Assembly (NCBI GenBank): GCA_041497895.1
Contig: JBGQHJ010000093.1
Span: forward strand, 1 to 19,910
DNA from: Candidatus Methylomirabilia bacterium
GTDB taxonomy: Bacteria > Methylomirabilota > Methylomirabilia > Rokubacteriales > CSP1-6
DNA: 19,910 nt
Reading direction: 5' to 3'
Shown: positions 1 through 6,303 of the stretch, piece after piece
How the letters are laid out: each line of letters starts with the position of its first letter
Numbering within the stretch: position 1 is the stretch's first letter
Notes under the pieces: generated by a model
The model's input: the letters and a program-made list of their open reading frames with translations, nothing else
Told to the model about the DNA's origin: nothing
Database searches by the model: none
Made by a program: the position numbers and the translations under genes

Positions 1-29
1 CCAGCGTCACATCGTCCGCGCGTTCACCT

Positions 30-575
30 TCACCTCGCTGAAGTGAGGGCCAGCCGGTATCCCTTCACCACCACCCCCGGCGCCGGGGTGAAGTCCAGCT
101 CGCCCGCCCGCGCGAACCCCATGCGCTCGTAGAGGCCCATCGCCACCCGCATCATGTCGGTGGTGTGGAGCGTCAGGGCCGGCGCTCCCGCGGCGCGCGA
201 GCGACGGATGCACTCGTCCATGAGCCGCCGGCCCACGCCGCGCCCGCGCCCGCGCCCCGCCGGCCCCACCGCGAGCAACCGCAGCTCGGGCTCCGCGAGC
301 CTCGTCTCCTTCCCGCGGCCCGGCTCGGTCATCACCGACCCCGCCGGCTGGAGCAGCACGCTGCCCACCACCCGGCCGGCCGCCTCGGCCACGATCAGGG
401 TGGCCGGGGCCGCGGCGGCCAGCGTGGCCACGATGTTCTGGCGGTACGCGGCCCAGAGCGGCGGCGCGAGCACCGCGGCGTACTGCGCGTAGGCGGCGAG
501 GGTCACCGCCTCGACGGCCGGGCGGTCGTCGAGGCGGCCGTCACGGATCGTGACGTCGTCGGGTCGCGGGCTCAC
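30..575 (-). CDS. GNAT family N-acetyltransferase
   Basis: C-terminal part of ORF 30..884. GTG at 575 overlaps the TGA of the upstream LLM gene (GTGA). Motif A 'ELRLLAVGPAGRGRGRGVGRRLMDEC' and motif B 'LHTTDMMRVAMGLYERMGF'. Confidence 0.9.
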   Translation of the reverse strand: MSPRPDDVTIRDGRLDDRPAVEAVTLAAYAQYAAVLAPPLWAAYRQNIVATLAAAAPATLIVAEAAGRVVGSVLLQPAGSVMTEPGRGKETRLAEPELRLLAVGPAGRGRGRGVGRRLMDECIRRSRAAGAPALTLHTTDMMRVAMGLYERMGFARAGELDFTPAPGVVVKGYRLALTSAR

Positions 576-1462
576 GCCGCCGCGGGCTTGACCTCCGAGA
601 CCAGGCGCTCCATCGCCCGCGTCATGGCGGGGATGCCGGCCCGCGGCAGATCGAACGTCATCCAGTCGGCGCCCATGCCCTTGACCCGCTTGACGTCGGC
701 CGCCACCTCCGCCACCGAGCCCTGGAACGCGGCCCGGCCGGCGCCCTTCGCGCCGTCGGTCAGGTCCAGCAGGTTGCGCGGGGCGAGGCCGAGCGTGTCG
801 CGCCGCCCGGTGCGGCTGGCCAGGTCGCGCAGGGTCGCGTAGCCCTTCTCGAGGTCGTCGAGGGCCAGGCCGAGCGGGTGCCACGCGTCGCCCAGCTCGG
901 CGCAGCGCCGCACCGCGGGGCCCGACACCGACCCCGGCGAGCCGCCCACCCAGATCGGCGGGTGCGGGCGCTGCACCGGGCGAGGGGAGAAGGTCGCGCC
1001 GGAGAAGCTCGTGTACTTGCCGTTGTACTGCGGGATGTCCGCTCCGAAGGCGGCCTTGATCGCGCGGATGTAGTCGTCGCTGAGACGCCCGCGCTCCGCG
1101 AAGGGCAGGCGCAGGTCCACGAACTCGGCCTCGTCCCAGCCCACCCCCACGCCGAAGATGAAGCGCCCGCCCGAGGCCTGGTCCACCGTGGCCGCGGCCT
1201 TGGCCGCGACGAGCGGGTTCCGGTAGGGCAGGACGATCACGCTCGCGCCGAGCTGGATGCGCCGGGTGCGCCCGGCCAGGAAGGCCAGCAGCGAGAACGG
1301 ATCGGGCCAGTGGCCGCCGTAGTGCTGGGTGGTCGCGGGCTTGGCCAGGATGTGGTCGGGCACGAAGACCCCGTCGAGCCCGAGGGCCTCCGCCTGGATG
1401 GCCAGGGACTCCGCCTCCGTCACCGTGAGCTGCCAGATCGGAAGTACCACGCCGTACTTCAT
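572..1462 (-). CDS. LLM-class (luciferase-like, probably F420-dependent, TIGR03619-like) oxidoreductase
   Basis: 'GLDGVFVPDH', 'DPFSLLAFLAGRTRRIQLGASVIVLPYRNP', 'GRFIFGVGVGW', 'PRPVQRPHPPIWVGG'. AAAGGAGG RBS upstream of the ATG. Cofactor is inferred from family resemblance. Confidence 0.92.
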   Translation of the reverse strand: MKYGVVLPIWQLTVTEAESLAIQAEALGLDGVFVPDHILAKPATTQHYGGHWPDPFSLLAFLAGRTRRIQLGASVIVLPYRNPLVAAKAAATVDQASGGRFIFGVGVGWDEAEFVDLRLPFAERGRLSDDYIRAIKAAFGADIPQYNGKYTSFSGATFSPRPVQRPHPPIWVGGSPGSVSGPAVRRCAELGDAWHPLGLALDDLEKGYATLRDLASRTGRRDTLGLAPRNLLDLTDGAKGAGRAAFQGSVAEVAADVKRVKGMGADWMTFDLPRAGIPAMTRAMERLVSEVKPAAA

Positions 1463-1490
1463 GGGCCCCTCCTTTGGGTTGGTGGCCCCG

Positions 1491-1519
1491 AGGCTACACG
1501 GTCAGCCGGGCGTGGACAA
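1491..1519 (-). promoter_or_regulatory. Putative sigma70-type promoter for LLM-GNAT
   Basis: Minus strand TTGTCC-17 nt-TAGCCT in the short mgsA/LLM intergenic region, followed by a short leader and RBS. Confidence 0.6.
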
Positions 1520-1526
1520 CCGTGAC

Positions 1527-1937
1527 CTAGCCGAGCGCCACGCCGATCGCCCCCTCCGCGCCGCGAGAGAGACGGAGCCCGGCGATGATCAGATCGGCGG
1601 TGGCGAGGTTGGTGGCCACCGGGACGTTGTGGACGTTGCACACGCGCAGGAGGGCCCGGATGTCCGGATCGTGCGGCTGGGCCCAGAGGGGATCGACGAA
1701 GAAGAAGACGGCGTCGACGACGCGCGTGGCGACCCCCGCCGCGATCTGCGCGTCGCCGCCCTCGGGCCCGCTCAGCAGCTCCTCGACCTCGAGCCCGACC
1801 TTGTGGCGCACGAGCCGGGCGGTGTGCCGGGTTGCCACGAGCGGGAACGCGGCCAGGGTCTCCCGGTTGAACGTGGCCCACGCGACGAGATCGACCTTCT
1901 TGTGGTCGTGCGCGATCAGCGCGAGCTTGCCGGCCAC
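1527..1937 (-). CDS. mgsA: Methylglyoxal synthase
   Basis: C-terminal part of ORF 1527..2462. GTG at 1937 with GAGGAG RBS. Signature motifs 'LALIAHDHKK', 'SGPEGGDAQI', 'FFFVDPLWAQPHDPDIRALLRVCNVHNVPVATNLATAD'. Confidence 0.93.
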   Translation of the reverse strand: MAGKLALIAHDHKKVDLVAWATFNRETLAAFPLVATRHTARLVRHKVGLEVEELLSGPEGGDAQIAAGVATRVVDAVFFFVDPLWAQPHDPDIRALLRVCNVHNVPVATNLATADLIIAGLRLSRGAEGAIGVALG

Positions 1938-1939
1938 GC

Positions 1940-2446
1940 CTAGCTCCTCGGCCCGCGGACGGCCAGCTGGTCCGCGACCCGGACGCAGTGCTCGGCGACC
2001 GCCTGGTCGCCGAGGGCCGCGAACGCCTCGGCGGTCCGCCGCATCCCGGCGGCCGATCCGTCCCGGTGGGCCCGGATCAGCGCGTTGAGATAGGCCTGAC
2101 GCGCGTTGGGTCGTGAGCCGCGGAGGCTCCCGGCCTCGGCGCCGATCCGGAGGAAGGCGTCTCCCACCGCGATCATGCCCTCCCAGCCCCGGCTCGCGAG
2201 CGCGGCGCCGTAGGCGTCCTGCCACGCGGCGACCGCGGCGCTGACGTCGTGCCGCGCGAGCGCGTCGTCGACGGTCGCGACGTGCGCGGTCCACAGGCGC
2301 TCGAGCCGGAGCCGCTCCGCCGCCGGTCGCTCTTCGTGCGCGGCGAGGTCTGGGTGCACCTCCATCACCGCGGCCACGAGCGCGAGCCCGATCAGGGCGG
2401 CGGCAAGGCTCGTCCGCAGTATCGTGCTGCCGTCTCGGTGGGCCAT
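1940..2446 (-). CDS. Hypothetical protein with N-terminal hydrophobic anchor/signal and two alpha-helical (TPR-like) repeats
   Basis: 168 aa ORF with strong GAGGAGG RBS. Hydrophobic 'SLAAALIGLALVAAVM'. Repeated GMxxx(G/A)(D/E)AFxx(I/L)G. Ends 2 nt before the mgsA start. Confidence 0.8.
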   Translation of the reverse strand: MAHRDGSTILRTSLAAALIGLALVAAVMEVHPDLAAHEERPAAERLRLERLWTAHVATVDDALARHDVSAAVAAWQDAYGAALASRGWEGMIAVGDAFLRIGAEAGSLRGSRPNARQAYLNALIRAHRDGSAAGMRRTAEAFAALGDQAVAEHCVRVADQLAVRGPRS

Positions 2447-2460
2447 GGTCGTTCCTCCTC

Positions 2461-2500
2461 AAAAAGAAAGAGCGCCGTCATCGTACGGCGACGGCGCTCT
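2461..2500 (-). terminator. Intrinsic terminator-like hairpin in the leader of the 2446 gene (possible attenuator)
   Basis: Perfect 11-bp stem AGAGCGCCGTC/GACGGCGCTCT with a 10-nt loop, followed on the minus strand by TTCTTTTT and then directly by GAGGAGG. Confidence 0.8.
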
Positions 2501-2549
2501 GGATTTCGCGACGCTGCGATGAAGTATTCGTGAGTGCCGACCGTGAGGA

Positions 2550-2566
2550 TGCAGAGGGTGTGCCAG
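2550..2566 (-). promoter_or_regulatory. Sigma54 (-24/-12) promoter
   Basis: Minus strand CTGGCACACCCTCTGCA: TGGCAC followed by TGCA with exact GG-N10-GC spacing. Lies in an intergenic region, oriented toward the 2446 gene. Confidence 0.7.
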
Positions 2567-2713
2567 GACCGCGAGCGACCGTGCGCGACGAGTATTCGAC
2601 CAGGCGGGATGCCCACTTGCGGGAATCTCGGGTGGGTGACGCGGGTGGCGCGCCCGGCCGAGGCCGCCGCCGCGGTGAGCAGCCGGGGGCGACGATGCCT
2701 CGAACGGCGGCAA

Positions 2714-3103
2714 TCAGACGATCTGGGCGCCCTTCTCGATCAGAAGCTCCCGGAGCAGGGAGCGATGGCAGTGGCTCGCGTCCTCGCAGTAGCAGCCCAC
2801 GGACAGGTTCGTCTGTCGTGACAGCGCCGCCAGCACCGCGAGGAGCCGCTGCGCCGCCGGCTCACGCATCTCGCGTCGATAGCGTCGCGCGTAGGCGGTC
2901 CAGCGCGCGGGAGTGAACGGCTTCGACAGCGCGAAGGACACCAGGGGGGCACTGGGCGCGAGCTCCGGCAGCCACGCGTCGAAGTAGTCCCGCGAGGCGT
3001 AGTGCTCCTTGCGCACTCCGCGCGGCGGACGACGCACGGTCCCGAGACGCACGCCTTCCTGGGGGTGACGCGGGGTCCCGAGCCGGACGACACGCAGGGC
3101 CAC
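2714..3103 (-). CDS. DUF488 family protein (YeaO-like)
   Basis: 'GTVRRPPRGVRKE', 'DAWLPELAPS', 'YARRYRREM', C-terminal 'GCYCEDASHCHRSLL'. Confidence 0.88.
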   Translation of the reverse strand: MALRVVRLGTPRHPQEGVRLGTVRRPPRGVRKEHYASRDYFDAWLPELAPSAPLVSFALSKPFTPARWTAYARRYRREMREPAAQRLLAVLAALSRQTNLSVGCYCEDASHCHRSLLRELLIEKGAQIV

Positions 3104-3109
3104 GGGCGG

Positions 3110-3583
3110 CTAGGCCTTGCGGCCCCTGCCCCGGTGATAGGTCAGGGCCAGGGCGATGCAGTGCCGCAGCGCCTGCGCCGGGATCCGGTGGTGCTCGTCG
3201 AACAGGATGGCTCGATTGCCCTCGTACGTGAACGTGCCCGGGTAGAGCCGCCTGAACGTGTCGACCAGGCTCGTCCGGCAGTGGAAGTACATCGCGTAGC
3301 GCCCGGGCTCGGCCTTCACCCGGTCGATGCGGATGGTGCTGCCGCTCCGCGTGCTCGTCGTGAGGTAGCTCGGCTGGCCCCACCTGAGGGTCTCCTCGAG
3401 CTCGCCGACTCCGTCGGTCCTCGACGCGACGTCGAAGATCAGGCGACGGAGCGCGCGGAGCTTCGCGGCGACGCCACGCGGATACGCGCGGAAGGCCGCG
3501 GCGACCTGCGCGTCGTCGAATCGCCGGGGCGCCATGGATCGACTCGAGGCGAGGTCGGTGGCTTCGCGGAAGGTCCGCGCCAT
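3110..3583 (-). CDS. DUF1801 (YdhG-like) domain protein
   Basis: 'KLRALRRLIF', 'EETLRWGQPSY', 'GSTIRID', 'YFHCRTSLVDTFR', 'YEGNRAI', 'CIALALTYH'. Start may be the ATG at 3535 instead. Confidence 0.87.
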   Translation of the reverse strand: MARTFREATDLASSRSMAPRRFDDAQVAAAFRAYPRGVAAKLRALRRLIFDVASRTDGVGELEETLRWGQPSYLTTSTRSGSTIRIDRVKAEPGRYAMYFHCRTSLVDTFRRLYPGTFTYEGNRAILFDEHHRIPAQALRHCIALALTYHRGRGRKA

Positions 3584-3587
3584 CCGG

Positions 3588-4019
3588 CTAGCGCCCCTGG
3601 AGCTGGTACAGGAGCGTGCCCCCCACGATCAGCGCGATCGCGGCCAGCCGGCCCCAGGTGAGCGGCTCGTGGAGCACGAGAAAGCCCACGAGGAGCACGA
3701 CCACGGTGGACGTGCCGCCGATGAGGAACGACGAGGTCACCCGCAGGCCGCGCTCGTAGGCGAGCAGGCCGAAGATGTCCACGCCGGAGGCGGCGACGCC
3801 GGCCACCGCGAGGAGCCACAGGCCCTCTCGCGTGAGGACCACCTCGTGCCCGCCGGCCCGCATGCCGAGCAGCGCGATCGAGTTGACCACGAAGGCGACA
3901 CCGGTGATCACCATCGCGCCGAGCACCGCGCTGATCCGCGAGGAGCCGAGCTTGAGGCAGACGGTCCAGGTGGCCGCGAACAGGCCGGAGAGCACCGCGA
4001 AGAGGATGGCGCTATTCAC
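3588..4019 (-). CDS. EamA/DMT-superfamily small membrane transporter (single EamA repeat)
   Basis: C-terminal 143 aa of ORF 3588..4364 from GTG 4019. About five hydrophobic helices. C-terminal 'GFLVLHEPLTWGRLAAIALIVGG' is typical of EamA. Confidence 0.82.
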   Translation of the reverse strand: MNSAILFAVLSGLFAATWTVCLKLGSSRISAVLGAMVITGVAFVVNSIALLGMRAGGHEVVLTREGLWLLAVAGVAASGVDIFGLLAYERGLRVTSSFLIGGTSTVVVLLVGFLVLHEPLTWGRLAAIALIVGGTLLYQLQGR

Positions 4020-4025
4020 GCGCCG

Positions 4026-4054
4026 AGGATATCCCGAAAGGCGGCTCGCGTCAT
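4026..4054 (-). promoter_or_regulatory. Putative sigma70 promoter giving a leaderless EamA transcript
   Basis: Minus strand ATGACG-17 nt-TATCCT-6 nt-GTG(4019). No SD sequence before the GTG. Confidence 0.5.
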
Positions 4055-4788
4055 GCGCGACCAGCGGCGAGCCGAGTGACGTGCCGCTCGTACAGGGCGG
4101 AGAGCATCTCGTCGACGGCCGCGCCCGCCCATAGCCTGAAGAAGGGTGACTGCTGCATCGCGCCCCAGTCGCGAATGAAGCGCTCCCACGCTTGCTCCCG
4201 CGTCTCGCCCAGGTGCGCGACCTGCATCGCGGCGGCCAGGCGCTCCTTGTGGTAGAGCGCGGGGAACTCCGTGTAGTGGTACAGGTACTCGAGATCGCTC
4301 GTGTAGAAGACCACGACCGGGATCGACTGATAGGTCCGGCCGTCCCGCTCCCGGAGGAAGGCATTCATGAGGTCGGCGTTCGGCGACTCCGCGGGGTCGG
4401 CGGTCGGCCCGCGCCCGACTCGCTGGCCGTCGCGGGGAAAGATTCGTAGCTCGAGCGGCGCCGCCTCCGCCAGCCGTCCGAGGATGGTGACGTCGCGGCG
4501 GCAGTCGGACGACCACTCCTCGGCGATCACGAGGACCTTGGCGGGCCCATTCGGCTGCGCGGTCAGCCACCGGATGGCCGCGACCTGATCGGCCCGGAGG
4601 CTCAATCCCTCGTACCAGGCGCGGAGCGGCCCGCTCCAGTCCATCCGCTCCGGGCCCCGCCACCAGCCGGCCTCGCGCGCGAGGTTGCCGGGGGTGCCGA
4701 TGAAGGCCATGTACTCGGCGAACGTCATGCCGCTCGCGAAGCGCTCCGGGGTCACCACGCTGCTCCCCCGGCCCCCCTCCACGGTCAC
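4051..4788 (-). CDS. Thioredoxin-fold protein (Thioredoxin_9-like) with WSSDC active-site motif
   Basis: C-terminal part of ORF 4051..5595. 'GMTFAEY', 'KVLVIAEEWSSDCRRDV', cis-Pro-type 'QSIPVVVFY'. GTG 4788 overlaps the DUF1772 stop; alternative GTG at 4758. Confidence 0.82.
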   Translation of the reverse strand: MTVEGGRGSSVVTPERFASGMTFAEYMAFIGTPGNLAREAGWWRGPERMDWSGPLRAWYEGLSLRADQVAAIRWLTAQPNGPAKVLVIAEEWSSDCRRDVTILGRLAEAAPLELRIFPRDGQRVGRGPTADPAESPNADLMNAFLRERDGRTYQSIPVVVFYTSDLEYLYHYTEFPALYHKERLAAAMQVAHLGETREQAWERFIRDWGAMQQSPFFRLWAGAAVDEMLSALYERHVTRLAAGRA

Positions 4789-5222
4789 CGCGCTCCCACC
4801 AGATGAAGCCCGAGCAGGAGGAACGCGACACCACCCGTGAGCGTGCGCACCGCGTGCAGATGCCCCCAGCGCGCCAGGAGCGCGGCGGCCTCGGCGGAGC
4901 CGGGATCGAGCGTGGGATCCAGCCGCCGCTTGTTGGTGGGCAAGATGACGATCAGGGTGAAGGCGATGATCGCCGCCATCAGCAGGCCGGCGACGAGCGG
5001 GAGACTCCCGTGGCCGCGGGCCCAGTCGGCCACGCCGGTGAGACCGCCCACCGCGGCGAGCGACGCCTGCATCACCGCCCCCCGGCGGTAGCTCGGCCGG
5101 AACTCGGCGATCGCGGGCGCGGTCCCGCACTCGCGCCGGGCCGGGTGCTCGACCAGGGAGACGTAGAGCGCGGCCCCCGCGAAGAGCCCGGTGGACAGCA
5201 GCGCGACCAGCTCGAGCGGCAT
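4785..5222 (-). CDS. DUF1772 (anthrone-oxygenase-like) membrane protein
   Basis: 'GLFAGAALYVSLVEHPAR', 'FRPSYRRGAVMQ', 'FTLIVILPTNKR', 'LLARWGHLHAVRT'. Four hydrophobic segments. Confidence 0.88.
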   Translation of the reverse strand: MPLELVALLSTGLFAGAALYVSLVEHPARRECGTAPAIAEFRPSYRRGAVMQASLAAVGGLTGVADWARGHGSLPLVAGLLMAAIIAFTLIVILPTNKRRLDPTLDPGSAEAAALLARWGHLHAVRTLTGGVAFLLLGLHLVGAR

Positions 5223-5225
5223 GAC

Positions 5226-5735
5226 CTAGCCGGCCCGGCGCTCGATCTTCCGCTGGAGGAACCAGCAGAACCACCCGCGGTAGCGCGCCTGCAGCTCCGG
5301 CTTCATCCAGTCCTCGCCGGTGACGGTGCCGCGGCAGCGCGGGCTGCCGCAGTGACACGTCATCCGATGGTCGCCGTCGTCGGTGGTGGCCCAGTCGATC
5401 GTCAGCTCCTCGCCGGCGGCGATGTCCCGCATCGCGACCAGGACGATCTGGCCCTGGATGGCCAGGTTGGGATCGCAGGAGTGGTTGGTGTAGAGCATGC
5501 TGCCCGGCCGGTGGTCCTGGCGCACCGGGGCGATGAAGAGATCCTCCGCGATCTGGATCTCGGCCGCGCCGAGGGTCGGCTCGAGCGCCGCCCACTGAGC
5601 GTGGGTGAGCACGTGGCCGCCCTTCACCGCGACGATCTCGCCCGCCGCGATCGAGATCCGGGCGAAGAGACCCTGGCCGTGGATCGGGCTCGCGCGCACC
5701 TCGGTCTTCGGCGAGCGATAGCTGAGGTCAGCCAC
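5226..5735 (-). CDS. SET domain-containing protein (protein-lysine N-methyltransferase-like) with post-SET Cys cluster
   Basis: 'SPIHGQGLFA...IAAGE', 'TNHSCDPN', 'AMRDIAAGEELTIDW', post-SET 'CHCGSPRCRG'. Confidence 0.92.
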   Translation of the reverse strand: MADLSYRSPKTEVRASPIHGQGLFARISIAAGEIVAVKGGHVLTHAQWAALEPTLGAAEIQIAEDLFIAPVRQDHRPGSMLYTNHSCDPNLAIQGQIVLVAMRDIAAGEELTIDWATTDDGDHRMTCHCGSPRCRGTVTGEDWMKPELQARYRGWFCWFLQRKIERRAG

Positions 5736-6219
5736 GCGCGGACAGGGCCCGGACGAAGGCGTCGGGATGGTCGGGCGTGATCAGCCACGGTTGCGCGGGC
5801 CCGCGCTCGATCCACACGAAGTGGTCGATGCGCGAGACGTACATCCGCACCAGGCCCCGCCGGGTGGTCCAGAGCCAGCCGAATCCTCCCCAGAGCCCGC
5901 CGGCCCCGACCCGTATCCCCCAGCCGACCTCGCGGCGCAGCGTGGCCCGGTCGATCAGGCGGACCGCCGAGATCTCCCGGCGCGGGATCTCCCGACGTCG
6001 GAGCGGCCAGATCACCTCGATCGCGTCGGGGCCCACCCTGAACTCGGTCGGCCGGAACCAGAGCCACACCCACGCGTACAGCACGACCATGAACAGGGCC
6101 GGGACGGCCAGGAGCGACGTGCCCCGCATCGCCAGGAGCGCGAAGACGGGCGGCAGGGCCAGGAGGACGAGGGTGAGGACGAGGATCGGCGCGGACATCG
6201 GGGCCATGCGATAGGTCAT
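5728..6219 (-). CDS. Bacterial PH-domain (bPH_5-like) membrane protein
   Basis: Two N-terminal TM helices, then a beta-rich domain with 'IRVGAGGLWGGFGWLW...GLVRMYVSR' and 'LITPDHPDAFVRAL'. GGAG RBS. Overlaps the SET start by 8 nt. Confidence 0.78.
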   Translation of the reverse strand: MTYRMAPMSAPILVLTLVLLALPPVFALLAMRGTSLLAVPALFMVVLYAWVWLWFRPTEFRVGPDAIEVIWPLRRREIPRREISAVRLIDRATLRREVGWGIRVGAGGLWGGFGWLWTTRRGLVRMYVSRIDHFVWIERGPAQPWLITPDHPDAFVRALSARG

Positions 6220-6251
6220 GACGGGCTCCGCCGCCTCAGGGCCCCCTCATC

Positions 6252-6290
6252 CGCCCCTCACCCTGCCCTCTCCCCGCGACGGGGAGAGGG
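6252..6290 (+). repeat. BoxC-like intergenic palindromic repeat, copy 1
   Basis: CGCCCCTCACCCTGCCCTCTCCCC-gcgac-GGGGAGAGGG. The 10-bp stem and the pyrimidine-rich tail are identical to the copy at 16675-16711 on the opposite strand. Confidence 0.85.
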
Positions 6291-6303
6291 TGGAGGGAGA
6301 GGA

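Noticed and set aside
2469..2500. Guanidine-II (mini-ykkC) riboswitch, suggested by ACGA in the hairpin loop
   Set aside because: That class needs two hairpins with ACGR tetraloops closed by a base pair. Here there is a single ACGA within a larger loop.
2392..2713. Small ORFs 2392..2616 and 2459..2713 (-) as leader peptides
   Set aside because: Both start upstream of the sigma54 promoter, lack an RBS, and show no convincing run of regulatory codons.
2714..3583. DUF488 + DUF1801 as a toxin-antitoxin or defence pair
   Set aside because: No recognisable toxin, antitoxin or HTH motifs, and no mobile or defence-island context.
4501..4515. Selenocysteine in the thioredoxin motif
   Set aside because: The codon at the first motif position is TCG, not TGA.
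4789..5595. N-terminal extension of ORF 4051..5595, and similar extensions of 30..884, 1527..2462, 3588..4364, 10503..11588 and 14211..15851
   Set aside because: Arg/Pro/Gly-rich off-frame translations overlapping better-supported same-strand genes. The real starts are at the gene junctions, with no sign of programmed frameshifts.
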